Source: Asaia bogorensis
GTDB lineage: Bacteria; Pseudomonadota; Alphaproteobacteria; Acetobacterales; Acetobacteraceae
NCBI GenBank assembly: GCA_945888575.1
Contig: CAMDAM010000001.1
Location: 1 to 57,074 of the forward strand
Length of the DNA: 57,074 nt
Direction: 5' to 3'
Shown here: positions 15,788 to 25,550 of the stretch, in pieces
How the letters are laid out: each line of letters begins with the position of its first letter
Numbering within the stretch: position 1 is the stretch's first letter
Program-made: the position numbers and the translations under genes
The notes under the pieces: generated by a model
The model's database searches: none
Told to the model about the DNA's origin: nothing
Seen by the model: only the letters and a program-made list of their open reading frames with translations

Positions 15788-17308
15788 TCAGGCGTTGTCG
15801 GTCCAGCCCGCCTCCGGGTCGATCGGATAGGCCGGGCGCGGCAGCCGCTTCCATTGGAAGCTCGACAGCACCGGCGAGTTGTAGCCCGGCACGTCCACCT
15901 CGAAGATGCGGTCCGGGGTGAAGAACTCGTCGAACCCCGCCCGGAAATGCCCGCGGGATTTCACGATCACCACGCGCTGGGCGGCGATGTCGAAGCCGTG
16001 CATCTCCAGCATCACCGGCTCCGCCAGCTGGCGCCGCAGAGAGCCCACCACCACGCGCAGGCCGGAGCCCATCAGCCGCAGCACCGCGCAGGGGCCGAGA
16101 TCGAACACCCGCCCCTCGGCGATGCCGCGCCGGCCGATCCCCCTGCCGTCGCTCACCTGCTCCACGACCACGTCGGCATCGAAGCGCTTGGAGAACTCGC
16201 TCTCTTCGCTGGCGAAGGCCGCGCGGAAGATGCCGCCGACGCCGGCCGAATGCGAAAGTGCCGCCAGCGCCGGGTCCACGAACACGCCCAGCACCACGCC
16301 CCTTCCCACGCCAGCCTCGTGAAGCGCGCGCAGGATCCAGGTGGTGTTGCCGCGCCCGCCGCCGCCGGGATTGTCGGCGCAATCGGCCAGGATGATCGGC
16401 GCGCGATCGCCCCGGCTCGCCTCGCCCGCGATCGCGACCGCATCGGCGAGCGACGTCAGCTTCGGCAGGAACCGCTCCCGCCCCGCCCAGGCCGCCCGCG
16501 CGATCTGGCGTGCCACCTCGCGCGCCGCCGCGGGGTCGTTGTCCGCCGTCACGGTGATGCAAAGCCCGCATTTCGGCAGGTCGCTATAGGTGAACCCGCC
16601 GGTGACAGACACGTTCAGGATCGGCGGCGTGCACAGCTCCTGGCCGAGGTTGATCAGGTCGGCATAGGGCCCGCTCGCCGTCAGCTGCATCACGTTGGGC
16701 GGCATCAGCGGCATGCGGATGAAGGCCTTTGCCGTGCGCAGCCCGCCGCGCAGCCGCTCAATGAGCTCCGCCGCCTCCGCCGCCCGCTCGCGCATGTCCA
16801 CATGCGGGTTGGTGCGGTAGGCGATCAACGCATCCGACAGCTCCACCAGCTTTTCGGAAACGTTGCAGTGCAGGTCATGCGTTACCACCACCGGCACCGC
16901 CGGCCCCACCATGGCGCGAACCATCTCCACCAGCGTACCGTCGCTATCCTCGTCCCCGGTGGCCGACGAGGCGCCGTGGCTGGCGATGTACACCGCATCC
17001 ACCGGCAGCGCGGCCGCCAGGCGCCGGCGCACGCGGTCCAGGAAATCCAGGAACACGTCCTGCACGATCGGCCCGCCTGGGGGGGCTGCGATCATCACCA
17101 GCGGCACCGGCGTCCATGGCCCCTTGGCATCCATCGCCGCATAGAACCCCGGCACCTCGCTCGGCAGGTGGCTGGGTATCCGCGCCAGTTCGGTGATCCG
17201 CTCGCCCTCCTCCCAGCACTGGCGCAGGAAATCCTCGCGCACCGTGGGCGGCGCGAAGGCGTTGGCCTCAAGGTGAAGGCCCAGGATGGCGATGCGCGGT
17301 GCGGTCAT
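15788..17308 (-). CDS. M81 family metallopeptidase (MlrC-like)
   Basis: 506 aa. N-terminal RIAILGLHLEANAFAP and overall MlrC N- plus C-domain pattern. Confidence 0.8.
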   Translation of the reverse strand: MTAPRIAILGLHLEANAFAPPTVREDFLRQCWEEGERITELARIPSHLPSEVPGFYAAMDAKGPWTPVPLVMIAAPPGGPIVQDVFLDFLDRVRRRLAAALPVDAVYIASHGASSATGDEDSDGTLVEMVRAMVGPAVPVVVTHDLHCNVSEKLVELSDALIAYRTNPHVDMRERAAEAAELIERLRGGLRTAKAFIRMPLMPPNVMQLTASGPYADLINLGQELCTPPILNVSVTGGFTYSDLPKCGLCITVTADNDPAAAREVARQIARAAWAGRERFLPKLTSLADAVAIAGEASRGDRAPIILADCADNPGGGGRGNTTWILRALHEAGVGRGVVLGVFVDPALAALSHSAGVGGIFRAAFASEESEFSKRFDADVVVEQVSDGRGIGRRGIAEGRVFDLGPCAVLRLMGSGLRVVVGSLRRQLAEPVMLEMHGFDIAAQRVVIVKSRGHFRAGFDEFFTPDRIFEVDVPGYNSPVLSSFQWKRLPRPAYPIDPEAGWTDNA

Positions 17309-17355
17309 GAATCGGGTCCGTTTGCGGCCGGGAGAGGGCAGTATAGAGTGCCGCC

Positions 17356-18555
17356 ATGGAGAGCAAAAACGCCTCAGGGGGCACCGTGTCAGGCATCGCC
17401 GAACCCGTCACCACCGCCGCCATGCTGGCACGCCTGGTGGGCTTCGACACGACCAGCCGCAACCCCAATCTCGACCTGATCGGCTTCGTCCGCGAATGGC
17501 TGGACCGGCACGGCGTGCCCTACCGCGTCAGCACCGATCCCTCAAGCACCAAGGCCAACATCCACGCCATCATCGGCCCACAGGTGCCCGGCGGCGTCGC
17601 ACTCTCCGGCCACGTGGATACCGTGCCGGTGGACGGCCAGGCCTGGAGCGCCGACCCCTTCGCCCTGCGCGCAGAGGGCGGCAAGCTCTACGCCAGGGGC
17701 GCTGCAGACATGAAGGGCTTCGTCGCCGCCTGCCTCGCCGCCGTGCCCGATCTCGCCCGCCGCAAGCTCCGCCAGCCGGTCCATCTCTTCATCACGCATG
17801 ACGAGGAGACCGACATGGCCGGCGCGCGCGAACTGGTGGAAGACCTCGCCGCCAGCGGCCTGCGCCCCGCCATGTGCATCGTCGGCGAACCCAGCCTCAT
17901 GCAGCCCATTCTCGGCCACAAGGGGCGCCTGGCCCTGCGCGTGATCGCGCGCGGCAAGCCCGGCCATTCCAGCGAACCCGCCAAGGGCGTCAACGCCATT
18001 GCCGCCGCCGCGGAGGCCATCGCCTACCTGAACGCCGAAGCCAAGCGCTTCGCCACCCAGGGCCCGTTCGACTCCAACTTCGACCCGCCCTACACCACGG
18101 TGCATGTCGGAACCATCCAGGGCGGCACCATCCTCAACATCATCCCCGAGCGTTGCGAATTCGTGATGGAATGGCGCACCATCCCGTCCGACGATTTCTT
18201 CGCCCAGGTGGAGCGCCTGCGCGCCCATGTCGCCGCCGCGATCGAGCCGGCGATGAAAGCCGTCGATCCCGCCTGCGGCATCACGCTGGAGGTGATGAAC
18301 TGGATCCCCGGCATGGCCCTGCCCGGCAGCCACGGCCTGGCCGACATGGTGAAGCAGCTCACCGGCTCCAACTCCATGGGCCACGTGAGCTACGGCACCG
18401 AAGGCGGGCTCTACGAGCAATCCGGCATCCCCACCATCGTCTGCGGCCCCGGCAACATCGCCCAGGCACACCAGCCCGACGAATGGATCGAACAGTCGCA
18501 GCTCGACGCCTGCGACGCCTTCATCCGCCGCCTCGCCGACCGGCTCTCGGGCTAG
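17356..18555 (+). CDS. argE: acetylornithine deacetylase-like M20 peptidase
   Basis: 399 aa with LSGHVDTVPV and ARGAADMKGF motifs typical of the ArgE/DapE M20 family. Confidence 0.8.
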   Translation: MESKNASGGTVSGIAEPVTTAAMLARLVGFDTTSRNPNLDLIGFVREWLDRHGVPYRVSTDPSSTKANIHAIIGPQVPGGVALSGHVDTVPVDGQAWSADPFALRAEGGKLYARGAADMKGFVAACLAAVPDLARRKLRQPVHLFITHDEETDMAGARELVEDLAASGLRPAMCIVGEPSLMQPILGHKGRLALRVIARGKPGHSSEPAKGVNAIAAAAEAIAYLNAEAKRFATQGPFDSNFDPPYTTVHVGTIQGGTILNIIPERCEFVMEWRTIPSDDFFAQVERLRAHVAAAIEPAMKAVDPACGITLEVMNWIPGMALPGSHGLADMVKQLTGSNSMGHVSYGTEGGLYEQSGIPTIVCGPGNIAQAHQPDEWIEQSQLDACDAFIRRLADRLSG

Positions 18556-18576
18556 GCCCATCATGGTGGCGCTGGC

Positions 18577-19563
18577 ATGACCGGCTCCAACCCACCCGGG
18601 GCCACCGCGTACGGCCCGGCCAAGCTGCCGCTGTTCGAGGTGCGGCTGCCCGCGCCCGACCTCGCGCCCTGGCACGCCGGCAACACCGGCATCCCCGGCT
18701 TCACCAGCTTCGCCGCCGAGGCCCCGGGCCCGCACGTGCTGCTGCTATCCCTGATGCACGGCAACGAATACGCCGGCGCCACCGTGTTGGATCGCATGCT
18801 GCGCGCGAAGCTGCGCCCGCTCTGCGGCCGGCTCACCTACGGCTTCGCCAACCTCGCCGCCTTCGCCGCCTTCGATCCCGCCAACCCCACCGCCTCGCGC
18901 TTCCTGGACGAAGACCTCAACCGCGTCTGGGACCCTGCCCTGCTCGACGGCCCGCGCCACTCCGCCGAACTCGCTCGCGCCCGCGAAATCCGCCCGGCCG
19001 TGGAAGCGGCAGACGTGGTGCTCGACCTGCACTCGATGCTCTGGCCCTCCGATCCGCTGATCCTGTGCGGCGCCGCCGCCCGTGGCCGCGCCCTGGCCCA
19101 GGCCGTTGGCGCCCCCGCGCTTGCCGTGGCCGATCGCGGCCACACCAACGGCCCCCGCCTGATCGACCTGCCGCGCTTCGCCCTGCCCGAGGGCGCCGCC
19201 ACCGCCCTGCTGGTGGAATCCGGACAGCACTGGGACCCCGCCGCGGTGGACATGGCCGCCGCCAGCATCGCCGGCCTGCTGCGCCATCTCGGCCTGCTGC
19301 GCGCCCACCCCACCCTGCCCGCTCCCGCGCCGCAACCGGGCCGCGTCGCCGAAGTCACCCAGGCCGTCACTGCCGCCACCGGCAACTTCGCCTTCGTGCG
19401 CGCCTTCCGCGGCGGCGAAGTCATCCCCCGCCGCAACACGCTGATCGCGCTGGATGGCACCGAGGAAATCCGCACCCCGCACGACGACTGCCTGCTGGTG
19501 ATGCCCAGCCTGCGGCCGAGCCGGGGGCATACGGCGGTTAGGCTGGCTCGGTTCGTGGAGTAA
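18577..19563 (+). CDS. succinylglutamate desuccinylase/aspartoacylase family (M14-like) protein
   Basis: 328 aa with HGNEYAG zinc motif and DLHS. Confidence 0.75.
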   Translation: MTGSNPPGATAYGPAKLPLFEVRLPAPDLAPWHAGNTGIPGFTSFAAEAPGPHVLLLSLMHGNEYAGATVLDRMLRAKLRPLCGRLTYGFANLAAFAAFDPANPTASRFLDEDLNRVWDPALLDGPRHSAELARAREIRPAVEAADVVLDLHSMLWPSDPLILCGAAARGRALAQAVGAPALAVADRGHTNGPRLIDLPRFALPEGAATALLVESGQHWDPAAVDMAAASIAGLLRHLGLLRAHPTLPAPAPQPGRVAEVTQAVTAATGNFAFVRAFRGGEVIPRRNTLIALDGTEEIRTPHDDCLLVMPSLRPSRGHTAVRLARFVE

Positions 19564-19566
19564 AGA

Positions 19567-19695
19567 AAGGAAGCGGTTCTTTTTTGAAAAAAAGAACCAA
19601 AAAACTTTCATTCGTCTGAGGCGGTAAGACCGGGCTTCTCCGCATCAAACGAATGAAGTCTTTTTGCTTCTTTTTCTTCAGAAAAAGAAGGACTT
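19567..19695 (-). repeat. AT-rich twin-hairpin repeat, composite in reverse orientation (copy 3)
   Basis: Reverse complement of unit A (core 19576-19607, tail AAGGAAGC starting 3 nt after the TAA at 19561-19563), a 47-nt spacer, and reverse complement of unit B (19656-19690) ending at the stop of the convergent crotonase gene. Confidence 0.9.
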
Positions 19696-20494
19696 ATCTA
19701 CCCTTCCACTGCGCCGGGCGCTTCTCCATGAACGCCGTGCGCCCTTCGCGGTAATCCTCGCTGTCGAAGCAGGCCAGGATCGCCGCATCCACCGCCGCAC
19801 GATCGCGCTGGCTCTCACCGGCCATCGCAGCGTTCACCGTCAGCTTGGTCGCGCGCAAGGATAGCGGCGCGTTGGCCGAGATGGTCTTGGCCAGAGCCAG
19901 CACCGTGTCGGTCAGGTCCTCGTCCGGCACCACCTTGTTCACCAGCCCCACGCGCTGCGCCTCGGCCGCGTCGAACCGCTCACCGGTCATGATGATCATC
20001 CGCGCATGGGCCTGGCCCACCAGCGAGATCAACCGCTCCACCATCTCGAAGCTGTAGGCGATGCCCAGCTTCGCCGCCGGAATGCCGAACTGCGCGCCCT
20101 CGCCGGCAATCCGCAGATCGGCCTGCATGGCGATGCCCAGCCCGCCGCCCAGGCAGAAGCCGCGGATGCACGCGATCACCGGCTTCGGAAACGCCGCCAG
20201 CCGCGCCCGCCCGGCCCCGGTCAGCCGGTCGTATTCCAGCTGCGCATTGCCGTCGGCGCGGGTGGACTCGAACTGGCTGATATCGGCGCCGGAGACGAAC
20301 GCCTTGGTCCCGGCCCCGGTCATCACCACGGTGCGGATCGCCTCATCCGCCTCGAACGCGTCCAGGATCTCCGACAGCCCATGCCACATCGCCACCGACA
20401 TGGCGTTGCGCTTCTCCGGCTGGTTGAAGGTGATCAGCCCAACGCCCTCCGAAACCTCGGCGAGCATCTTTCCGTCGGCATACTGCGTGGTCAT
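19694..20494 (-). CDS. enoyl-CoA hydratase/isomerase (crotonase) family protein
   Basis: Start MTTQYADGK at 20494. Crotonase pattern FVSGADI ... CIRGFCLGGGLGIAMQADLRIA. Confidence 0.85.
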   Translation of the reverse strand: MTTQYADGKMLAEVSEGVGLITFNQPEKRNAMSVAMWHGLSEILDAFEADEAIRTVVMTGAGTKAFVSGADISQFESTRADGNAQLEYDRLTGAGRARLAAFPKPVIACIRGFCLGGGLGIAMQADLRIAGEGAQFGIPAAKLGIAYSFEMVERLISLVGQAHARMIIMTGERFDAAEAQRVGLVNKVVPDEDLTDTVLALAKTISANAPLSLRATKLTVNAAMAGESQRDRAAVDAAILACFDSEDYREGRTAFMEKRPAQWKGR

Positions 20495-21702
20495 ACGATT
20501 CCCCGGGCCTTCATGTCGGTCAGTTCGGCCTCGCTGTAGCCCAACCCGCGCAACACCTCCACCGTATCCGCCCCGGCATCGGGCGTGGGCGAGCGCACAT
20601 CCTTCGGATGGCCCACAAGGTTGATGGGCGATGCCACCACCTCCTTCACGCCAAGCCGCGGATGCGACACCGGCCGCGCCATCTTCAGGTGCTTCACCTG
20701 CGGATCGGCGAACACCTTGTCGATCGTGTTGATCGGCCCGCAGGGAATGCCGGCACCCTCGAACAGCTCGATCCAGTGCTCCGCCGGCTTGGTCTGCGTG
20801 ATCGCGGAGATCGCCGCGTTGATCGCCTTGCGGTCGGCGCTGCGGCCCTTCTGCGTGGACCATTCCGGCTTGGTCTTCCACTCCGGATGCCCGATCGCCT
20901 CCGCGAAGCGGTCCCACAGCCGGCCGGAGCTGGCCGCGATGTTGATGTAACCATCAGCCGCCGGAAACGCCCCGGTCGGAATGCCCGTCGGGTGGTCGTT
21001 GCCCGCCTGGCCCGCCACCTCGCCATCGAACAGCCAGCGCGTGGCCTGGAAATCCAGCAGGAACACCTGCGTCTCCAGCAAGGAGGTCGTCACCCACCGC
21101 CCCACGCCCGTCTGCTCGCGCTCGAACAGCGCCATCATGATGCCCATCGAAAGCAGTGTGCCGGCACAGAGATCGTCGATCGGAATGCCCACGCGCATCG
21201 GCCCGCGCCCGGGCTCGCCGGTGATGGACATCAGCCCGCCCATGCCCTGCGCGATCTGGTCCACGCCGGCCCGCAGCCCATAGGGCCCGTCCTGCCCGAA
21301 GCCGCTGATGCTCCCGTACACGATGCGCGGGTTCACCGCCTTCACCTCGTCGTAGGAGATCTTGAGGCGATGCTTCACCGCCGCCCGCATGTTCTCCACC
21401 ACCACGTCCGCAGTGGCGGCCAGCTTCATGAACGCCGCATGCCCCTCCGGAGACTTCAGGTCCAGCCGGATCGCCTTCTTGTTCCGGTGCAGGTTCTGGA
21501 AATCGAACCCGTCCCGGTTGCCGGCGATATCCTCGCCGTTGCCCGGCGGCTCGATGCGGATCACGTTCGCCCCCCAATCCGCCAGGTGGCGCACGCAGGT
21601 GGGCCCGGCACGGGCGAGCGTGAGGTCGAGCACGGTTATCCGCGACAGCGGCAGCTTGGTGTCGCTCTGAACCTTGGGTGCGGCGTCGTCGGGCATGGTC
21701 AT
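20491..21702 (-). CDS. family III CoA-transferase (CaiB/BaiF)
   Basis: Start MTMPDD at 21702 with a GGAGGA RBS. ITVLDLTLARAGPTCVRHLADWGANVIRIE N-terminal motif. ATGA overlap with the downstream crotonase. Confidence 0.85.
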   Translation of the reverse strand: MTMPDDAAPKVQSDTKLPLSRITVLDLTLARAGPTCVRHLADWGANVIRIEPPGNGEDIAGNRDGFDFQNLHRNKKAIRLDLKSPEGHAAFMKLAATADVVVENMRAAVKHRLKISYDEVKAVNPRIVYGSISGFGQDGPYGLRAGVDQIAQGMGGLMSITGEPGRGPMRVGIPIDDLCAGTLLSMGIMMALFEREQTGVGRWVTTSLLETQVFLLDFQATRWLFDGEVAGQAGNDHPTGIPTGAFPAADGYINIAASSGRLWDRFAEAIGHPEWKTKPEWSTQKGRSADRKAINAAISAITQTKPAEHWIELFEGAGIPCGPINTIDKVFADPQVKHLKMARPVSHPRLGVKEVVASPINLVGHPKDVRSPTPDAGADTVEVLRGLGYSEAELTDMKARGIV

Positions 21703-21771
21703 CCTCCCGGATTGATCTGCGATGATCGGCCGGATGGCGCCATCGCTCAAGGGTGATGGTATCCTGCCGTC

Positions 21772-22410
21772 ATGGACGACGCCGATCTCGCCCTGATCAT
21801 CGCGCTGGACTGCTCCGCCAGCGTCTCGCTGGAGAGCTTCGGCCGCATGGCCAGCGGCTGTGCGGCGGGCATGCGCGACGAAGCCGTGATCGCCGGCCTG
21901 CTCTCCGGCCCGCGCGGCGCCAGCCTCTGCGCCCTCATGATCTGGTCCGGCCCCACTGCGCAGGAAGTGATGACGGGCTGGACCCGCCTCGCCAGCCCCG
22001 AAGCCCTGCACGCCTTCGCCGAGGAGGTGGAGAACGTCCCCCGCACCATCCGCGCCGGGGCCACCGCGGTGGGCGAGGCCCTGCGCGCCTGCGAAACCCT
22101 GATCCTCGCCGCCCCCGCCGGCGCCACCCGCGTGGTGATCGACATGGTCGGCGACGGCAAATCCAACCAGGGCATCCTGCCCCACGTCCCGCGCGACCGC
22201 CTCGTGGCCGGCGGCGTCACCATCAACGGCCTGTGCGTATTGCACGAGGAGCCGGACCTGCTGGCGCACTACCAACAGGAGGTGATCGGCGGCCCCGGCG
22301 CCTTCGCCATGACCTGCCAGAACTTCGCCGAGTTCGAGGAAGCGATGCGCCAGAAGCTGCGGCGCGAGATCATCGCATCGCTAGGCAAGAAAGAGTCTTC
22401 TTTTTTCTGA
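21772..22410 (+). CDS. DUF1194 (vWA-like) domain protein
   Basis: 212 aa with LALIIALDCSASVS, VIDMVGDGKSNQG, INGLCV and VIGGPGAF blocks typical of DUF1194. The last ~8 codons and the TGA stop lie inside repeat unit B. Confidence 0.7.
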   Translation: MDDADLALIIALDCSASVSLESFGRMASGCAAGMRDEAVIAGLLSGPRGASLCALMIWSGPTAQEVMTGWTRLASPEALHAFAEEVENVPRTIRAGATAVGEALRACETLILAAPAGATRVVIDMVGDGKSNQGILPHVPRDRLVAGGVTINGLCVLHEEPDLLAHYQQEVIGGPGAFAMTCQNFAEFEEAMRQKLRREIIASLGKKESSFF

Positions 22411-22526
22411 AGAAAAAAGAAGCAAAAAAGACTTCATTCGCTTGCACGCGTGCTGGTCGCCCTGCACGCGTGCCAGTGAACAAAAGTTTTTTGGTTCTTT
22501 TTTTCAAAAAAGAACCGCTTTCTTCC
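22387..22526 (+). repeat. AT-rich twin-hairpin repeat, composite B-spacer-A (copy 4)
   Basis: Unit B at 22397-22434 has one extra T and one extra A in opposite stem arms, so the stem is 11 bp. The 46-nt spacer holds two copies of TGCACGCGTGC. Unit A core is at 22484-22515, and its tail abuts the stop (22526-22528) of the SBP gene. Confidence 0.9.
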
Positions 22527-24112
22527 TATGCGCTCCGCTTCACATTCCAGAACACCGGCAGCCCGGTCAGCACGCCTTCCAGGTTGCTTCGATGGGCACT
22601 CTGCGCCCGCACCTGGCCCAGCGGGATATAGGGCACATCGCGGAACGCCTGCAGCTGCAGCGCCTCGCACACTTTCTGCTGCGCGGCGAGGTCCGGGGCC
22701 AGCAGCCATTCGGCCCGCAGCGCCTCGATCGTGGGGCTCACCGGCCAGCCCATGATGCCCTGGCGCCCGTTGCCGCGCAGGAAGGCGTGCACGGCCGGGT
22801 TGAACTGGTCCACCCCGCCCCAGGAGGTGTGGAACACGCTCCAGCCGCCCTGGTCCACCGGCTCCTGCTTGGTGCGGCGCTGCACCACGGTGGCCCAGTC
22901 CATCGCCTGCGCCTCCACATTGAGGCCGATGCGCTTGAACAGGTCGAAGGTCACCTCGGCGATCGCCTTGGTGGAGGGAATGTCCTGCGGCGCCAGCAGC
23001 ACCACCTTCTCGCCCTTGTAGCCGGCCTCGGCCAGCAGGCGCTTCACGTTCTCCAGGTTGCGCGGGGCATTGAGGTTCTCCATGCCCGCCTGGGTGTCCA
23101 TCGGCGTATCCGGGCAGAAGTAGCCCACGCCCTCGCGCCACAGCGCCTTGTCCTCGCCCTGGATGGCAATCATGTAGTCGCTCTGCGTCACGGCCTGCAC
23201 GATGGCGCGGCGGATCGCCGGGTTGTCGAAGGGCGGCTGCAGCTGGTTGAAGCGCATCGTGGCGATGGTCCCGGTCGGGATCATGGTGAACAGCCGCACG
23301 TTGCGCGAACGCTGCAGCACCGGCCGCAGGTCGGCCGTCGGCCCGCCCCACCAGTCGATCTCGCCCTGGATCAGCCCGTTCGCCACCGCTGAGACATCGG
23401 GGATGACCGACCATTCCACCCGGTCGAAATGCACCACCTTGCCACCGGCGGTGCGCTCGGCCGCCTCGTTGCGCGGCACGTAGCCCTCGAACTTCTCGTA
23501 CACCACGCGGCTGCCCGGCACGCGCTCATCCGCCTTGAAGCGGAACGGGCCGGAACCGACCATCTCCGTGATCTGCCTGGATGGGTCCGTCTCCGCCAAC
23601 CGCGCCGGCATGATCGGCAGCATGTTGGGCGAATAATGCCCCAGCGCATCCGGCAGCAGCGGGAACGGGTTCTTCAAACGGAACACGATGGTGCGGTCAT
23701 CCTGCGCCACCACTTCGTTGGTGGCCGCCATCAGCGCCTGGCCGAAGCTGTCGCGCTTGCCCCAGCGCTGGATGCTGGCCACGCAGTCCTTTGCGAGCAC
23801 CTTCTCCCCGTCATGGAACTTCAGCCCCTCGCGCAGGGTGATCTTCCAGGTCTTGCCGTCATCCTCCATCACATGGCCCTCGGCCATCTGCGGGCGGATG
23901 CGATACTGGTCGTCCTGCCCATACAGGCTGTCGAACACCATGAACCCGTGATCGCGGGTCTGGTAGCTGGTGGTGATCACCGGGTCGATCACCGCCAGAT
24001 CCGCATCCGGCACGAACTTCAGCACGCGCCTGTTTTGCGCCTGCACGATCTTCGGGGCAGCAAGGGCCGCGCCCGCGGTTGCGAGTCCGCCGAGAACCTG
24101 ACGCCGCTTCAT
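22526..24112 (-). CDS. ABC transporter substrate-binding protein, family 5 (peptide/opine/nickel type), Tat-like signal
   Basis: Start [26 protein letters not shown] at 24112. DppA/OppA-like body. No permease or ATPase genes are adjacent. Confidence 0.8.
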   Translation of the reverse strand: MKRRQVLGGLATAGAALAAPKIVQAQNRRVLKFVPDADLAVIDPVITTSYQTRDHGFMVFDSLYGQDDQYRIRPQMAEGHVMEDDGKTWKITLREGLKFHDGEKVLAKDCVASIQRWGKRDSFGQALMAATNEVVAQDDRTIVFRLKNPFPLLPDALGHYSPNMLPIMPARLAETDPSRQITEMVGSGPFRFKADERVPGSRVVYEKFEGYVPRNEAAERTAGGKVVHFDRVEWSVIPDVSAVANGLIQGEIDWWGGPTADLRPVLQRSRNVRLFTMIPTGTIATMRFNQLQPPFDNPAIRRAIVQAVTQSDYMIAIQGEDKALWREGVGYFCPDTPMDTQAGMENLNAPRNLENVKRLLAEAGYKGEKVVLLAPQDIPSTKAIAEVTFDLFKRIGLNVEAQAMDWATVVQRRTKQEPVDQGGWSVFHTSWGGVDQFNPAVHAFLRGNGRQGIMGWPVSPTIEALRAEWLLAPDLAAQQKVCEALQLQAFRDVPYIPLGQVRAQSAHRSNLEGVLTGLPVFWNVKRSA

Positions 24113-24240
24113 CGCCGTGCCTCCTGAAAGGAAAGGAAGCCCGGGATGTAGGGCCAACGGCAGGCACGGGGCAACCATGGCGTTGCCCCCCTTGCAAGCC
24201 GCCACGCGCCGGGCATCCTGGGCGCATCTGGAGGGCCGTT

Positions 24241-25344
24241 ATGGAAGACGTGGACGTTGTGGTGGTTGGCGCGGGCGTGGTGGGAATCGCCGTGGCCCGC
24301 GCGCTGGCACTGGCTGGCCGCGAGGTGATCGTGCTGGATGCCGCGGAGGGTATCGGCACCGAGACCTCCTCGCGCAACAGTGAGGTGATCCACGCCGGCA
24401 TCTACTACCCCAAGGGCAGCCTGATGGCGCGCTTCTGCGTCGAAGGCCGCCGCATGCTCTACCGCTTCTGCGACGAGCGGGGCGTGCCCTACAGCAATTG
24501 CGGCAAGCTCATCGTCGCCACCAGCGACGCAGAGACGGAGATGCTGGCCGGCATCAAGGCCCGCGCCGAGGCCAACGGTGTGGAAGGCATGCGCTTCCTC
24601 ACCGCCGCCGAAGCCGTCGCCATGGAGCCGAACCTCACCTGCACCGGCGCCCTGTTCTCCCCCACCACCGGCGTGCTGGACAGCCACGCCTACATGCTGG
24701 CTCTGCAGGGCGATGCCGAGCACGCCGGCGCCATGTTCGTCTTCCACTCCCCGGTGGAAGGCGGGCGCGTCACGGAACAGGGCGTGGAACTCGCCGTCGG
24801 CGGTGCCGATCCGATGCGCCTGCGCGCCCGCCTGGTGATCAATTCCGCCGGCCTGCACGCCTGCCCCCTGGCCCGCAAGATCGAGGGCATGCCGCGCCAA
24901 CTGATCCCGCAGGAATACTACGCCCGCGGCAGCTACTTCACCCTCACCGGCAAATCCCCGTTCACGCGGCTGATCTACCCGGTCCCGGTTCCCGGCGGCC
25001 TCGGCGTGCACATCACCATCGACCTCGGCGGCCAGGCCCGCTTCGGGCCCGACGTGGAGTGGATCGACCACATCGACTACACGGTCGATCCTCGCCGGGC
25101 CGACAGCTTCTACGACGCGGTGCGCCGCTACTGGCCCGCCTTGAAGGACGGCCAGATCCAACCGGGCTACGCCGGCATCCGCCCCAAGATCGTGCCCAAG
25201 GGCGCCCCCGGCCAGGATTTCGTGGTCCAGGGCAGCGCCGTCCACGGCATTCCGCACCTGATCAACCTGTTCGGCATCGAATCCCCCGGCCTCACTTCGG
25301 CCATCGCCCTGGCCGACCACGTCGCCGAGATCGCAGCCGGATGA
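24241..25344 (+). CDS. FAD-dependent oxidoreductase (LhgO / 2-hydroxyglutarate oxidase-like)
   Basis: Start [20 protein letters not shown] (GxGxxG) at 24241. [14 protein letters not shown] motif. Confidence 0.75.
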   Translation: MEDVDVVVVGAGVVGIAVARALALAGREVIVLDAAEGIGTETSSRNSEVIHAGIYYPKGSLMARFCVEGRRMLYRFCDERGVPYSNCGKLIVATSDAETEMLAGIKARAEANGVEGMRFLTAAEAVAMEPNLTCTGALFSPTTGVLDSHAYMLALQGDAEHAGAMFVFHSPVEGGRVTEQGVELAVGGADPMRLRARLVINSAGLHACPLARKIEGMPRQLIPQEYYARGSYFTLTGKSPFTRLIYPVPVPGGLGVHITIDLGGQARFGPDVEWIDHIDYTVDPRRADSFYDAVRRYWPALKDGQIQPGYAGIRPKIVPKGAPGQDFVVQGSAVHGIPHLINLFGIESPGLTSAIALADHVAEIAAG

Positions 25345-25417
25345 CCCACGGGTTGCGAAGGGCACGGGCCCAAACGTATTAAGGATTCATCTCGCAAGCC
25401 CGGCCGGATCGTTTGAT

Positions 25418-25546
25418 ATGCACCGCAATATGCCCCGGATGATCCTGTTCGGGATCTTTTTCGTGATCATCGCCAGCTCAGCAACCTTCGGCGCTGTCTG
25501 GGTCCTGGGCCATGCCGGCGGTGGCGGCTACGCCTCGCTGAACTGA
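25418..25546 (+). CDS. possible small membrane protein (42 aa)
   Basis: Found by reading the gap; it is below the ORF-track length cutoff. MHRNMPRMILFGIFFVIIASSATFGAVWVLGHAGGGGYASLN* has one hydrophobic helix. No homology evidence. Confidence 0.3.
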   Translation: MHRNMPRMILFGIFFVIIASSATFGAVWVLGHAGGGGYASLN

Positions 25547-25550
25547 CCCA

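Noticed and set aside
19567-19695. Interpreting units A and B as classical rho-independent terminators
   Set aside because: The stems are almost pure A/U (weak). In the sense of the upstream gene the A hairpin is followed by AAAAAACUUUU rather than a U tract. One composite also lies inside the dnaX-ybaB-recR unit. A terminator role is possible but not supported by canonical features.
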